Source: Candidatus Altiarchaeota archaeon (GTDB taxonomy: Archaea > Altiarchaeota > Altiarchaeia > IMC4 > SCGC-AAA252-I15). From it: a DNA stretch of 55,571 nucleotides. Every line of letters starts with the position of its first letter. Within the stretch, counting starts at the first letter, position 1. The DNA is taken from assembly GCA_043804895.1 (NCBI GenBank), contig JAZDIN010000066.1:1-55571 (forward strand). Direction: 5' to 3'. The notes below the pieces were generated by a model, which was given only the letters and a program-made list of their open reading frames with translations, searched no databases and was not told where the DNA came from. This document shows, in pieces, positions 1 through 9,194 of the stretch. The position numbers and the translations under genes are program-made.

Positions 1-2
1 TG

Positions 3-455
3 GAGCCTGTTGAGTGGGATGGGCGGTTCTGGGATTGGGTTAACCTCCCATTCTATGTCGCAACGTACTGGAGTGTGTTCGGCGTCGCCTTCAACCTTAA
101 GGAGGTCATGGACCACGCTTATGCTGACATTGAAAAACATAAGCTGGATGCGGAGCGTCCGCTCGTGTTGCACAGGGAGCCTATCCTATTCCATGGTAGG
201 ATTCTCATCCTGTTAAGCAGGTTCTCGGATGAGGTGCCGTGTCAGATGTGGAGCGGGAGATACTATACGCGGCTGTTTGAAGGCGAATACGGCGACTTAA
301 TAGAGTTTTTGGAGGAGTTCAGGAAGGATTTGAAGGGGAGGAGGCTTGAGTTGAGGGATGTCCTCTACCATTATCCGACGTGCCCAGACTGCATCAAGAG
401 GTATAAGAAGATGCAGGTTGTGATTTTCGGAAGAGTCGAAGACAGTCAGGGTTGA
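3..455 (+). CDS. Conserved hypothetical 'hydrolase'-annotated protein (GyrI-like/Bact_hydrolase-type), 5'-partial
   Basis: The frame is open from base 3 (EPVEWDGRFWDWVNLPF...) and the C-terminal YHYPTCPDCIKRY resembles the YxTCPxCxKxY motif of this family. Confidence 0.7.
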   Translation, partial: EPVEWDGRFWDWVNLPFYVATYWSVFGVAFNLKEVMDHAYADIEKHKLDAERPLVLHREPILFHGRILILLSRFSDEVPCQMWSGRYYTRLFEGEYGDLIEFLEEFRKDLKGRRLELRDVLYHYPTCPDCIKRYKKMQVVIFGRVEDSQG

Positions 456-465
456 GGAGGATACA

Positions 466-1215
466 ATGAAAAACCAGGAGAGAGGAGACGGAGGAAGATG
501 CCCTACAGGCATCAGGGGATTCGATGAATTAGTAAGCGGGGGCCTGCCACGTGCAAGGACCATACTGTTGAACGGGGCATGCGGTACAGGGAAGACTGTT
601 TTTGCGACGCAGTTCATCACCAACGGCATCCTCCACCATGATGAGCCTGCCGTGTTCGTGATGCTCGAACAGGACGCCGGCGAATTCAAGGAGGACATGC
701 GCGGGTTCGGCATCGACCTCCAGAAGATGGAGGACGACGGGAAGCTCGTAATAATCAACGCCAACCTCACCAAGAAGGGGGGCGGCAATTTCTTTGAGCT
801 GAAGAGTGAGACCCACAATATAAGCCCTGAGATGGCGAGCATAGACAGGATAGTGGAGGTCATCGAGGGCGCTGCCAGGAGCATCAACGCGAGGCGGGCT
901 GTGATAGACAGCCTCAGCTCGATGAGCATCTCCTTTGAGGACGCGAGGAGTCTCAGGCGGCTCATCTTAGACCTCAACTACTGCCTTAAGAGGATGGGCC
1001 TCACCACAATCATAATCTCGGATGAGGTGGCAGGGGATGTTACTGAGGCGACTGAGAAATATGTAGTCGACGGGGTCATAACGTTAAGGTATGTTACCAT
1101 AGGCCCGGATCCGGGTAGGACTCTTGTCATCGACAAGATGAGGAGGACCAGACACAGCGAGAACATACACACCCTCAGGTTCTGCAACGAGGGGGTTGAG
1201 GTAACGAATGAGTAA
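466..1215 (+). CDS. KaiC/RAD55-family single-domain ATPase
   Basis: PTGIRGFDELVSGGLP start, Walker A GACGTGKT, VIDSLS, DGVI and KMR motifs; GAGGAG SD upstream. Confidence 0.92.
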   Translation: MKNQERGDGGRCPTGIRGFDELVSGGLPRARTILLNGACGTGKTVFATQFITNGILHHDEPAVFVMLEQDAGEFKEDMRGFGIDLQKMEDDGKLVIINANLTKKGGGNFFELKSETHNISPEMASIDRIVEVIEGAARSINARRAVIDSLSSMSISFEDARSLRRLILDLNYCLKRMGLTTIIISDEVAGDVTEATEKYVVDGVITLRYVTIGPDPGRTLVIDKMRRTRHSENIHTLRFCNEGVEVTNE

Positions 1216-2554
1216 AATGGAAAAACGTGTTGCCTGTGCGTTGGTTCTTCTCCTACTCGTGTGTTTCGCGTCATCCCAAGGTACCTGTGGGGATGGAATT
1301 TGCACGGACTGGGAGAGGTCTGATGGAAACTGCCATGATGACTGCGGGGGGAGTGTTTACAGGACAGTCTGCGGGAACGGAGTCTGCGAGAGGGGTGAGG
1401 AGGGAGTGTGCACCAGAGACTGCGGAGGAGGCAGCGGTGGGGCAGGTTTGACAGTCTGCGGGAATGGCGTCTGCGAGAGGGGTGAGGAGGGAGTGTGTAG
1501 TAGAGACTGTGGAGGAGTATCTCAGCAGGATCGTGCACCTCCGACAGACGAGGAGCTCATTGCACTGGGGAAGATAGCATGCCTCGGAGTGGAGGAAGGG
1601 GGTAAATGCCTCCTCCCAAATGATATGGAGAGTGGTTTAGGGCTGTCAGGCGTCTGCTGCGGTGGCGGCTGCAGTTACAGGAAGACCTCATGCGCCAACA
1701 AGTCAGCTGCTGTTGACAAGCCTGACTTGATTGTGTCGTCCATCGAAGTCACCCCCCAGAACCCGACCGAGGACGTGAAAGTGAATGTGACAGTTAAGGT
1801 TGGAAATATCGGTAAGGCGCCGGTTGCTGGCGGATTCTGGATTCAGTTGAGTGTGGAGGAGGATAGCAGACTATTGGATGAAGACGACTTTGAGGTTAAG
1901 GGCAGAGTGGATGCTGGCGAAACTGTAACCCACACATTCACGGGAAAACTCGGATTCGGGAGGATAGGCTCGTACAGGATGAAAGCCGTAGCCGACAGCA
2001 GCGGATTCGAACACCGGAATAATCTGGTTGAGGAGGCAGACGAAAAAAACAACGTTGGGGTGAGGACAGTGTATGTGGCGCCTGAACAGAGGAGAGAATC
2101 CTGCGGAGATGGTATATGTGGTATCGGGGAGGATGGGTCGTGCGAGAGAGACTGCCGGATTGAGAATAGAACAGGAGGGGTAGTAGACTACTGTGGAGAC
2201 GGATTGTGTAGTAGGGGCGAGGAAGACATTTGCGCACAAGACTGCGGAAAGGAGGAGGGGATTCCAGGGGCTTATATCGTCGTGGGGAGCTTGATTGTTT
2301 TGACAGCTTCCCTGGCTCTTGCAGCCGTAATACTGATACGCTCCAGAAGGAAGGAGACGCCGCGGGAACCCGGGAAGGAGAATGGTTTAGAGGAGTTGGT
2401 GAGGGAGAAGGAGGAGTTGGAGAACATGCTCTCCATCGCGAAGGCAAAATACCACCGGAGGGAGTTGGATGAGGAGAGCTTCAGGGAGATAACCCGGGAC
2501 AAGCAGAAGAGGCTCATAGAGTTGGAGTTGGGGATTAAGAATCGTCAAGGTTGA
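1208..2554 (+). CDS. Secreted, membrane-anchored Cys-rich (CGDGxC repeat) protein with CARDB Ig-like domain
   Basis: Signal peptide, five CG[DN]GxC repeats, PDLIVSSI...VEEADEKNN CARDB signature, C-terminal TM helix and coiled cytoplasmic tail. Confidence 0.85.
   Translation: MSKMEKRVACALVLLLLVCFASSQGTCGDGICTDWERSDGNCHDDCGGSVYRTVCGNGVCERGEEGVCTRDCGGGSGGAGLTVCGNGVCERGEEGVCSRDCGGVSQQDRAPPTDEELIALGKIACLGVEEGGKCLLPNDMESGLGLSGVCCGGGCSYRKTSCANKSAAVDKPDLIVSSIEVTPQNPTEDVKVNVTVKVGNIGKAPVAGGFWIQLSVEEDSRLLDEDDFEVKGRVDAGETVTHTFTGKLGFGRIGSYRMKAVADSSGFEHRNNLVEEADEKNNVGVRTVYVAPEQRRESCGDGICGIGEDGSCERDCRIENRTGGVVDYCGDGLCSRGEEDICAQDCGKEEGIPGAYIVVGSLIVLTASLALAAVILIRSRRKETPREPGKENGLEELVREKEELENMLSIAKAKYHRRELDEESFREITRDKQKRLIELELGIKNRQG
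1363..1517 (+). repeat. Intragenic direct repeat, about 68 bp x2 (1363-1430 and 1450-1517), encoding TVCGNGVCERGEEGVC[TS]RDCGG
   Basis: Near-identical nucleotide copies offset by 87 bp. Confidence 0.9.
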
Positions 2555-3744
2555 GGGGAGTGGGCTACTATCTTCACATAAGCATTCTTGATGCCGCCGT
2601 ACCAGATTAGGTTCACATGCTTTCCGAAAAGTTCAAGGCGGCTTCCGCAGGATATCTCGAAGTCAGCGTTGAAGTCGCCTTTGTACACTGTGAGGGTGAC
2701 CACGGGACCGCGTTGTCCTTTGACTGTGAGGTTCATGCCGTCGTAGGTGGTGTTGGTTAACTGGTCTAGTGTGAGGGTTTTGGCGTCGTGGTATGTGAGG
2801 AGGTCTCTGCCGCAGAACCTTACACCCTCGTGGCTGCCGTATGCGTCTGAGTCTGATAGGGCGTAGACGAGAACATACCCTCCAGGGAGCCTCGTCTCCA
2901 ACACGCCGACTTCTAGGCCATAGTAGAGTATGACATCGCCTTCGGAGGCTTCGATGAACGCTGATTCGTTCTCGTAGATTATCCTCAGCTTAGCCCGCTC
3001 GGACTGGGGTGTGTCGAGGCTGAGCCGGTACCCCCTGAGGCTCCGGTTGCCAAGTCCACCCCCTAGCAAAAGCGCGGTCGCGCCCTCCGGAGTGTTGGCT
3101 CTCACGTATTCGCTTTCTTTGAGAAGCAGCGTCATGGTGATGCCCGGACCTGTTCTTAGGACTTGAGCTTCGAGGCCGTCTATGTATGTGGTGTTTGTGA
3201 AGGTTACAGTCGTCCATTTGTTGTCTGATGTGTTGTAGTCGAGGGTGTAGTGTTCTGTGCCTAGGATGTCTTCCATCCCAGTCATGTAGAATGTGTTGTT
3301 TCCGGCTGTCGCGTATTCCCGCATCTTCAGAAGTAGTGTGGCGGTGGTTGAGGTGGATGTCGTCGTCGTGGTTGTCGTCGGCTTAGGCTTGGCGGTTGTT
3401 GTGGTGATTAGTTTGTCCATGTCTTTTATTGGGACGTTCTCGTGGAGTGTTGTCGTGGTGGTGGATGTGGGAAGTTGTATTGTCATCTTCTCGCCCTCTG
3501 ATTCTACCCCCATCTGCACCCTATCTTCGCCTGTGAGGCAGCCTGAGACGAGGAGGATTAGGATCAACGACCACAGCCTGAAGGCTGTGGTATGATCCAA
3601 GCCAAAGCAATAGCTTTGGCAGGACCCTAAAAGTGCTTTGCACTTTTTCGGATCCTGATAGAGCAGAGGAGGTATACTGGCATTCATCCATATTCTACAG
3701 AGTGTGGTCTCTGCTCTATCTTGGATGAGGTAGGGTAGTCTCAT
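2545..3744 (-). CDS. Putative surface lipoprotein with Thr-rich linker; signal peptide interrupted by a 162-nt in-frame insertion
   Basis: LILILLVSGC lipobox-like motif and poly-Thr stretches. The ORF is open from ATG 3744; an alternative TTG start lies at 3600. Confidence 0.75.
   Translation of the reverse strand: MRLPYLIQDRAETTLCRIWMNASIPPLLYQDPKKCKALLGSCQSYCFGLDHTTAFRLWSLILILLVSGCLTGEDRVQMGVESEGEKMTIQLPTSTTTTTLHENVPIKDMDKLITTTTAKPKPTTTTTTTSTSTTATLLLKMREYATAGNNTFYMTGMEDILGTEHYTLDYNTSDNKWTTVTFTNTTYIDGLEAQVLRTGPGITMTLLLKESEYVRANTPEGATALLLGGGLGNRSLRGYRLSLDTPQSERAKLRIIYENESAFIEASEGDVILYYGLEVGVLETRLPGGYVLVYALSDSDAYGSHEGVRFCGRDLLTYHDAKTLTLDQLTNTTYDGMNLTVKGQRGPVVTLTVYKGDFNADFEISCGSRLELFGKHVNLIWYGGIKNAYVKIVAHSPQP
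3561..3726. mobile_element. Structured palindromic insertion (four-way junction plus a fourth hairpin) flanked by 4-bp ATCC/GGAT direct repeats
   Basis: Stems at 3570-3578/3583-3591, 3601-3608/3613-3620, 3629-3636/3640-3647, 3657-3668/3709-3720 and 3595-3600/3721-3726. Removing 162 nt restores MRLPYLILILLVSGC. Confidence 0.6.
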
Positions 3745-3767
3745 GGTTAAGGATTGGCGGCTGGCGT

Positions 3768-3774
3768 AAAAAAA
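3768..3774 (-). terminator. Oligo-T tract after secY (candidate archaeal terminator)
   Basis: T7 on the minus strand, 4 nt after the secY stop codon. Confidence 0.4.
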
Positions 3775-3778
3775 GCCT

Positions 3779-5170
3779 CTAGTCTTTGCCCATGAACCTG
3801 CGGAACATGGGGCTCATGTCAGCCATCTGCTCCTTCTGTATGTCCTCGTAGAGGCGGTATATGATTCCGACCGTCAGGAGTATCCCGGTTCCGGAGCCTA
3901 GGGCGCCCATGAGGTCAGCTACTGTTGCGAGGAGGCCGACTGCTATGCTGCTTATTATCGTGAGTTGGGGTATGTATTTGTCTAGCATTGTTTTGATAAT
4001 CCTCCTGTCTGGGCGGAATCCTGGGACCCTCATCCCGCTTTCCTCTATCTGCTTCGCCATGGTCTCGGAGTCTAGGCCGGTGGTCTGGCACCAGAACTGG
4101 CCGAATAGCACGCACAGTCCGCAGAACACTAGGAGGTATATTGCGAGGTGGAGGAGTATGGAGAGGTCTGATAGTACGTACCAGTTCTGGGGTTGTAGGA
4201 CGCTGTATAGGTTGCCGAGAGTCAGGTATTTTGCGATGGTGTAGACGATGTTCTGGAAGAATGTCATCCCCTGTGTGACTCCTGACTCGACGTCGACTCC
4301 GACAAGGCTGGTCCACATCCTCAGGTTCATGAGGAGCGCGGATGCGAGTATGACGGGGATGTTGCTTATGTAGAAGAATCTGAGTGGGATTCTGCCTCCG
4401 ATGCCTCTGATGTTCCCGTAGGAGAGTGGTATCTCTATGCGCATGGCTTCACCGTAGACGACGACTGCGAATACTATGACTGTGGCTATGATGGGGGCGA
4501 GTAGTATCAGGTCCATGTTGCCGCTCATCATCTGGGAGAGGAAATTGGGTATGTAACCGGAGTATGCTAGGCCGCCTGAGCCTTTCAGCGGGTTCAGGGA
4601 TCCTGTTATTATTGTGTGTGAGACTCCGCCTGCGATGAAGAGGGATATTCCTGAGCCTATACCCCATTTGGAAACTGTCTCGTCCATGTACATGAGCAGT
4701 ATCGACCCTAGGGCTATCTGGAATATGGTGAATGCTATGAGGGCGGTCCCTTCCACCATGTGGGTGGCGTAGACTAGGGCGCCAGCCTCGAAGAAGGCTA
4801 TTAGTATTGTCAGTATCTTCTGGGTCCCCTGGAAGAGGGCTTTGCCTTCCTTCGTCTTCAGGTCTATTTTTATCATCTCAGCGCCGACGAGGAGCTGGAG
4901 TATGATTGAGGCTGTGACGATGGGGCCTATGCCGACTGATGTGAGGGTGCCGATGCTGCTTGCGAATATCATGGTCATCTGTTCGAAGCCGCGTATGTGT
5001 TCTGACAGTTTCTCTGGTGTGACGCCGTATGGGTAGATGACGCCCATCACGTAGAATAGGACTAGGACGATGGAGGTCCAGGTGAGCTTCTCCTTGAACG
5101 GGACCTTACGGTTTGGTATCTTCACCTCAGGCATGTATTTGAGGAGCGGCCTTACGAACTCAAGGTCCAT
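3779..5170 (-). CDS. secY: Preprotein translocase subunit SecY
   Basis: GIGPIVTASIILQLL, KWGIGSGISLFIA, PGFRP and GTGILLTVGI motifs; follows uL15. Confidence 0.99.
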   Translation of the reverse strand: MDLEFVRPLLKYMPEVKIPNRKVPFKEKLTWTSIVLVLFYVMGVIYPYGVTPEKLSEHIRGFEQMTMIFASSIGTLTSVGIGPIVTASIILQLLVGAEMIKIDLKTKEGKALFQGTQKILTILIAFFEAGALVYATHMVEGTALIAFTIFQIALGSILLMYMDETVSKWGIGSGISLFIAGGVSHTIITGSLNPLKGSGGLAYSGYIPNFLSQMMSGNMDLILLAPIIATVIVFAVVVYGEAMRIEIPLSYGNIRGIGGRIPLRFFYISNIPVILASALLMNLRMWTSLVGVDVESGVTQGMTFFQNIVYTIAKYLTLGNLYSVLQPQNWYVLSDLSILLHLAIYLLVFCGLCVLFGQFWCQTTGLDSETMAKQIEESGMRVPGFRPDRRIIKTMLDKYIPQLTIISSIAVGLLATVADLMGALGSGTGILLTVGIIYRLYEDIQKEQMADMSPMFRRFMGKD

Positions 5171-5626
5171 CTATGCACCGGTTTCTTTTTCTCTTGTTTC
5201 GACGCTTCCTCCAGCGGCTTCTATCTTAGCTTTAGCCTGGGGGGAGCATTTTTCGACTTTGACTTTCAGTTTCGCGTTCACCTTGCCGGCTCCGAGGAGT
5301 TTGGTGTATCCGGCGTCTTTTAGGTTTATCGAGTATACTCCGCTTGACTCTGAGACGAGGCCTTTGCCGACCAGGATTTTTATTTCCTCTGATAGTTGGC
5401 TGACGTTTATTGTTTTGTCGAATGTGGTCTGGCTCTTCGGCCTCTTGAATCCTTTTTTGCCGAAGTATCCTGGCAGGTATTTTGAGACGTAGCCCCATTT
5501 GTGTTTTTTGCTGCCTGCCATGCCGTGGCCGCCTCTGCTTCCGGCTCCGCGGTGTTTTTGGGTTATTCCGTAGCCGTGGCTTCTGCTGCCGCGCATCTTC
5601 TGGGTTTTGCGGTCTGCTTGTGCCAT
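5171..5626 (-). CDS. rpl15: 50S ribosomal protein uL15
   Basis: RGSRSHGYG..KHRGAGSRGGHGMAG, KLLGAG and KIEAAGG motifs. Confidence 0.98.
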   Translation of the reverse strand: MAQADRKTQKMRGSRSHGYGITQKHRGAGSRGGHGMAGSKKHKWGYVSKYLPGYFGKKGFKRPKSQTTFDKTINVSQLSEEIKILVGKGLVSESSGVYSINLKDAGYTKLLGAGKVNAKLKVKVEKCSPQAKAKIEAAGGSVETREKETGA

Positions 5627-6102
5627 CAGAGCATCCTCCCGATGAGGTCTTTTATCTTGTCGCCTCTGTATCCGAGTGCTCCGCCGAGTGTGTACGGTTT
5701 TTTGATGCCCTTCCTCTCGAACCCCTTCCTTGGCGGGCTTAGCCTGAAAACCCTCTTGAGGCCTTTCACGTCCTTGAATTTGGCTTCGCCTGCTGCGAGC
5801 GCCTTAGCGAGGGAGTCTATGTCAGCGTATTTGCTGTTCTCCTTAACGTATGAGTCTGTTAGATTCTTGTCTCCGGTTATCCTACCCCTGACTTTGAGTA
5901 GCTGGGCTATGGTTTTGTCGTCGACTTCGCCCCATGTTATCTGGTCCTTGAACTTGGCTATCGTGCCTTTCACTTCCTTGCTTTCGAATAGTATGGTGCA
6001 GTGGTTCTTCCTTGTGAGGCCAACATATTTCATCGCGTCTTCCTGGCCTCTTTTCACGTGGACGCTTCCCCTCACCCTTATGGCCGCTAATGCCTTGCTC
6101 AT
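5626..6102 (-). CDS. rpl30: 50S ribosomal protein uL30 (archaeal L30P)
   Basis: MSKALAAIRVRG start overlapping the uS5 stop; ITWGE, FRLSPPRKG and GGALGYRG motifs. Confidence 0.96.
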   Translation of the reverse strand: MSKALAAIRVRGSVHVKRGQEDAMKYVGLTRKNHCTILFESKEVKGTIAKFKDQITWGEVDDKTIAQLLKVRGRITGDKNLTDSYVKENSKYADIDSLAKALAAGEAKFKDVKGLKRVFRLSPPRKGFERKGIKKPYTLGGALGYRGDKIKDLIGRML

Positions 6103-6998
6103 TCCATTACCTCTTGAGGCGGCGCCGTGACTTTGGCTGCGCCGGTTACTATCTTCAGCCGCTCCTCGTCTGCTTTGCTTATCTTCATGTAGTTCGTGTT
6201 CTCGAGCGCTTCCACGACCGCGTGGGCGAAGTTGAGTCCGCTTCTCGTGTGCCCTGACGCTTTCACCCAGACGTCTGTGACTCCGGCGAGTGCGAGTATC
6301 ATCCTTGCGTTCTCGCCGCTGACTATGCCGACGCCCCTTGGGGCTGGCATGAGCGTGACTGTTACGCTGCCGGATTTCCCGACCGTCTTGAACGGGACCG
6401 TGTGTGGTTTGCCGCATCCGCACTCCCAGCTTCCGCATCCCCTCTTTATCTCTTTTATGTTGAGTTTAGCGCGTTCTATGCTCTTTCTGATTGTGGAGCC
6501 AGCCTCCTTGCCTTTCGCCTCGCCGACTCCGATGTAGCCGTCGCCGTTGCCGACTGCTGTGACGACCCTGAACCTCATCCTCCTGCCTGAGTCTGTGACA
6601 CGCTGGACACGGCCGACGTCGATGACCTCCTCCAGGAGTCCTGGCAAGAGTTTGTCGACTATTCCGACCTCCCTTATCGGAGCCGACGCAGCTATGATGT
6701 CGTGTATGGTTGAGATTTCGCCGTTGTAGACTCTTTGGCCTAGCTTGGTGTTAGGCGTCCAGACGATTTCGCGGTCGTACTCGTCGAAGGCGCCTTTGGA
6801 TTTCTTGTCCTTCGGGAGTTCCTTCCTAATCTTCTCCTTCAGCTCCTTCTCGTCCTCGGCTTCGTCGACTATTATCGCGCCCGCTACCTCAGGTATTATG
6901 TCCTCCTCGGCCTTCACCTCAACCTCAGGCTCGTCGGCTTGCGCCTCAGCGGCCTTCTTCTTGGCCTCCTCTTTGGTTGCTTTATCGTCGTCGGTCAT
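6099..6998 (-). CDS. rps5: 30S ribosomal protein uS5 with acidic N-terminal extension
   Basis: WTPNTKLG, VQRVTDSGRR and RGCGSWECGCGKPHTVPF motifs. Confidence 0.98.
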   Translation of the reverse strand: MTDDDKATKEEAKKKAAEAQADEPEVEVKAEEDIIPEVAGAIIVDEAEDEKELKEKIRKELPKDKKSKGAFDEYDREIVWTPNTKLGQRVYNGEISTIHDIIAASAPIREVGIVDKLLPGLLEEVIDVGRVQRVTDSGRRMRFRVVTAVGNGDGYIGVGEAKGKEAGSTIRKSIERAKLNIKEIKRGCGSWECGCGKPHTVPFKTVGKSGSVTVTLMPAPRGVGIVSGENARMILALAGVTDVWVKASGHTRSGLNFAHAVVEALENTNYMKISKADEERLKIVTGAAKVTAPPQEVME

Positions 6999-7513
6999 TT
7001 TTTCACTATCTTCTCTTTTATGCTGTTGAAATCCTTCTCCATGTCCTTGGCTTTTGTCGAATATGATGCTATGACCTTCCCACTTAACCTGTCTTCTGAT
7101 GGGAATATGCTCGCATCAGCGGGTGATTCGACTCCCGAGTCTATTAGGCCCTTCAATGCGCCGTATATCTTGGAACCCTTCACCTGCGGGTAGAGGCCCA
7201 TGTCTAGTATTGCCTTTTCGACGCCGTTCGCCTTCCCTTTCGTCCCGCACATGAGCCCGGTCAGGTATGCTGCCGGCGTGTTTGACGTGCTGTGGGCCCA
7301 GCCGAGTTTTTTCAGCTCCCTGGAGGTTACGTGCGCCACGACCTTGTCGCCGTCTTCCTCGTATTGCACGAGCTGCATCAGTATGCTCTTGTTGGATGGC
7401 CTTACTACGAACCTTGTTGTCCCAGATTTTAGGAGGTTCAATCTCTTCTTGTAGTCTGTCTTCTGCTCCCTCTTCCTCCGGTACCTGACGCTGTAGTTCG
7501 CACCGTCGGCCAT
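6995..7513 (-). CDS. rpl18: 50S ribosomal protein uL18
   Basis: RRKREQKTDYKKRLNLLKS and NTPAAYLTG motifs. Confidence 0.98.
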   Translation of the reverse strand: MADGANYSVRYRRKREQKTDYKKRLNLLKSGTTRFVVRPSNKSILMQLVQYEEDGDKVVAHVTSRELKKLGWAHSTSNTPAAYLTGLMCGTKGKANGVEKAILDMGLYPQVKGSKIYGALKGLIDSGVESPADASIFPSEDRLSGKVIASYSTKAKDMEKDFNSIKEKIVKK

Positions 7514-7515
7514 CT

Positions 7516-7953
7516 TTATTTCACCCTCCCAATCTGTTCCCTCAGGTGTCTCCTGCTTTGGAACAGGTTACCCTTAGCTTGTAAGTAAAACTTCCTGTAT
7601 TCTGTGGGGGTTATCTCCTTCTTCTCCCGCATCATGCGAAGCTCCTCCCTTATCGCCCTGATCTTGTTCATCCACTTCTTCTTCTCTGGGGTCCTCGCCT
7701 TGGCTGTTCCGCCCCTGCGGCCCATGCCCTTACTCCTGCCCTTGAGCTTCTGCTTCTTCCTGGCTCTCGCCCTCCCCCTGCTTATGCCCCTTTTCGGGTC
7801 CTTTTTGATTGCCCCTGATTTTATTAGCGAGCGTATGTCATCCTTTGTGAGGGCTTCAGACACTTCCTCAAGGCGTGCTGGGTCGAACTTGACCCTCGTC
7901 CTGCCCACCTTCATTATCGCGCCAGCAAGCCTCCTCGGGCCTTCGAACGTCAT
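7516..7953 (-). CDS. rpl19e: 50S ribosomal protein eL19
   Basis: RRLAGAIMKVG..RV, GISRGRAR, WMNKIRAIR and YRKFYLQAKG motifs. Confidence 0.97.
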   Translation of the reverse strand: MTFEGPRRLAGAIMKVGRTRVKFDPARLEEVSEALTKDDIRSLIKSGAIKKDPKRGISRGRARARKKQKLKGRSKGMGRRGGTAKARTPEKKKWMNKIRAIREELRMMREKKEITPTEYRKFYLQAKGNLFQSRRHLREQIGRVK

Positions 7954-8627
7954 GCCTCGCCCCTCCTCGGATTCAATATAGTTATCTTGAGCTTGTTCGC
8001 CTCTTCAATTATCATATTCCTCTTCCTGCGGCCGACAGCTGAGGCGATTACAGCAGCCTGTTTTTTAGAGTCTACCATGCTGAGGTCTTTCGTGTTGAAC
8101 ACCCGGACTGTTTTGAATCCGAAATGTAATTCGGATTCAGCCTTGGGTTTCTTGTACCCGATTGAAGGCAGGTACCCCTTACCCCTCTGCTTCTCCAGCT
8201 TCTTACTGTCTATGCCAGTCGGAGTCCTCCACTTGTCCTCAAGCTTCGTCTTCCTCGGCCGCGAATACTCCTGCCTTCTGAAGTGCGGTTTCGTCTTCTG
8301 GGATACCGCGTAATCCTTCGGCGGGAGATTAGTTATCTTGACTGGAGCGTGAACCGCCTTCAGCTTAGGCTCCTCCTTCTTTTCAGGAGCCTTAGGCTTC
8401 TTCTTGGCTTCCGGTTTCTTCTCTTCGACTGCTGGAGTCTCCTCAGGAGGCTTCTTCTCCTCGACCTTCGTCTTAGCCTCCTTCGGTTTGGCTGGCTTCA
8501 TCGCTTTCGGCGTCTTCTCTGACGGCTTCTTGACCGCTGGCGTCTTAGCTGCTGGCTTCTTCTCAGCCGCCTTTTTCTCTGTTGGCTTCTTAGCCGCCGC
8601 CTTAACCTTTGCCTTGCCCTCAGTCAT
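7950..8627 (-). CDS. rpl32e: 50S ribosomal protein eL32 with long Lys/Ala/Pro/Glu-rich N-terminal extension
   Basis: KPHFRRQE..WRTPTGIDSK, PSIGY and VGRRKR..ILNP motifs; lies between uL6 and eL19. Confidence 0.93.
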   Translation of the reverse strand: MTEGKAKVKAAAKKPTEKKAAEKKPAAKTPAVKKPSEKTPKAMKPAKPKEAKTKVEEKKPPEETPAVEEKKPEAKKKPKAPEKKEEPKLKAVHAPVKITNLPPKDYAVSQKTKPHFRRQEYSRPRKTKLEDKWRTPTGIDSKKLEKQRGKGYLPSIGYKKPKAESELHFGFKTVRVFNTKDLSMVDSKKQAAVIASAVGRRKRNMIIEEANKLKITILNPRRGEA

Positions 8628-8629
8628 CT

Positions 8630-9193
8630 TCAAATCACCGGCTTACTGTCTTTTTCGATTATGAATATCCCATCCTGGAAGACTCGAACGTCGAGTTTCT
8701 TTATCCAGGTCATCTGCTCTATGTTCGCCGCAGTCTGTCCCACGGCCTCCTTGTCTATCCCCGTTACTGTGACTTCGTTGCCCTTGACTTCCACCTTGAC
8801 GCCTTCAAGTATATTAGTCCTCCTTGGATACTTCTCGCCTAGGAAGTTGTCGACCACGAACTCGCTACCCTTAACCGCCGCCTTCATCGGGAAGTGCGAG
8901 TACATTATCCTGAGCTTGTAAACGTATCCTTCGGTCACGCCCTTCATCATGTTCCTGATATGGCCTGCTATCGTGCCCATGATAGCCATCTGCTTCCTGA
9001 GCGGGAAACGCTTCGTCCTAGCGTTAATCTTTAACTTGCCGCCCTCTTGGGTCATGCTGATGAAGTCCTCGCGGAACCTACGAGACACTGAGCCCTTCTT
9101 GCCCTTGACTGTGATGTTGCGGCCCTTCACGTCCACTTCCACGCCTTCAATCAGGTCGACCGTGAGCTCGCCTTCGTGCTTCTTCTCAGCCAT
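8630..9193 (-). CDS. rpl6: 50S ribosomal protein uL6
   Basis: YSHFPM, NFLGEKYPR, GQTAANIEQ and DVRVFQDGIFI motifs. Confidence 0.98.
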   Translation of the reverse strand: MAEKKHEGELTVDLIEGVEVDVKGRNITVKGKKGSVSRRFREDFISMTQEGGKLKINARTKRFPLRKQMAIMGTIAGHIRNMMKGVTEGYVYKLRIMYSHFPMKAAVKGSEFVVDNFLGEKYPRRTNILEGVKVEVKGNEVTVTGIDKEAVGQTAANIEQMTWIKKLDVRVFQDGIFIIEKDSKPVI

Positions 9194-9194
9194 C

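Noticed and set aside
3340-3470. GTT/GTC/GTG-rich periodic sequence
   Set aside because: Explained by poly-Thr linkers on the minus strand; not a CRISPR or satellite.
3561-3778. SRP RNA, RNase P RNA or hammerhead ribozyme downstream of secY
   Set aside because: Lacks the SRP helix-8 motif, the RNase P P4 consensus and the CUGANGA/GAAA core.
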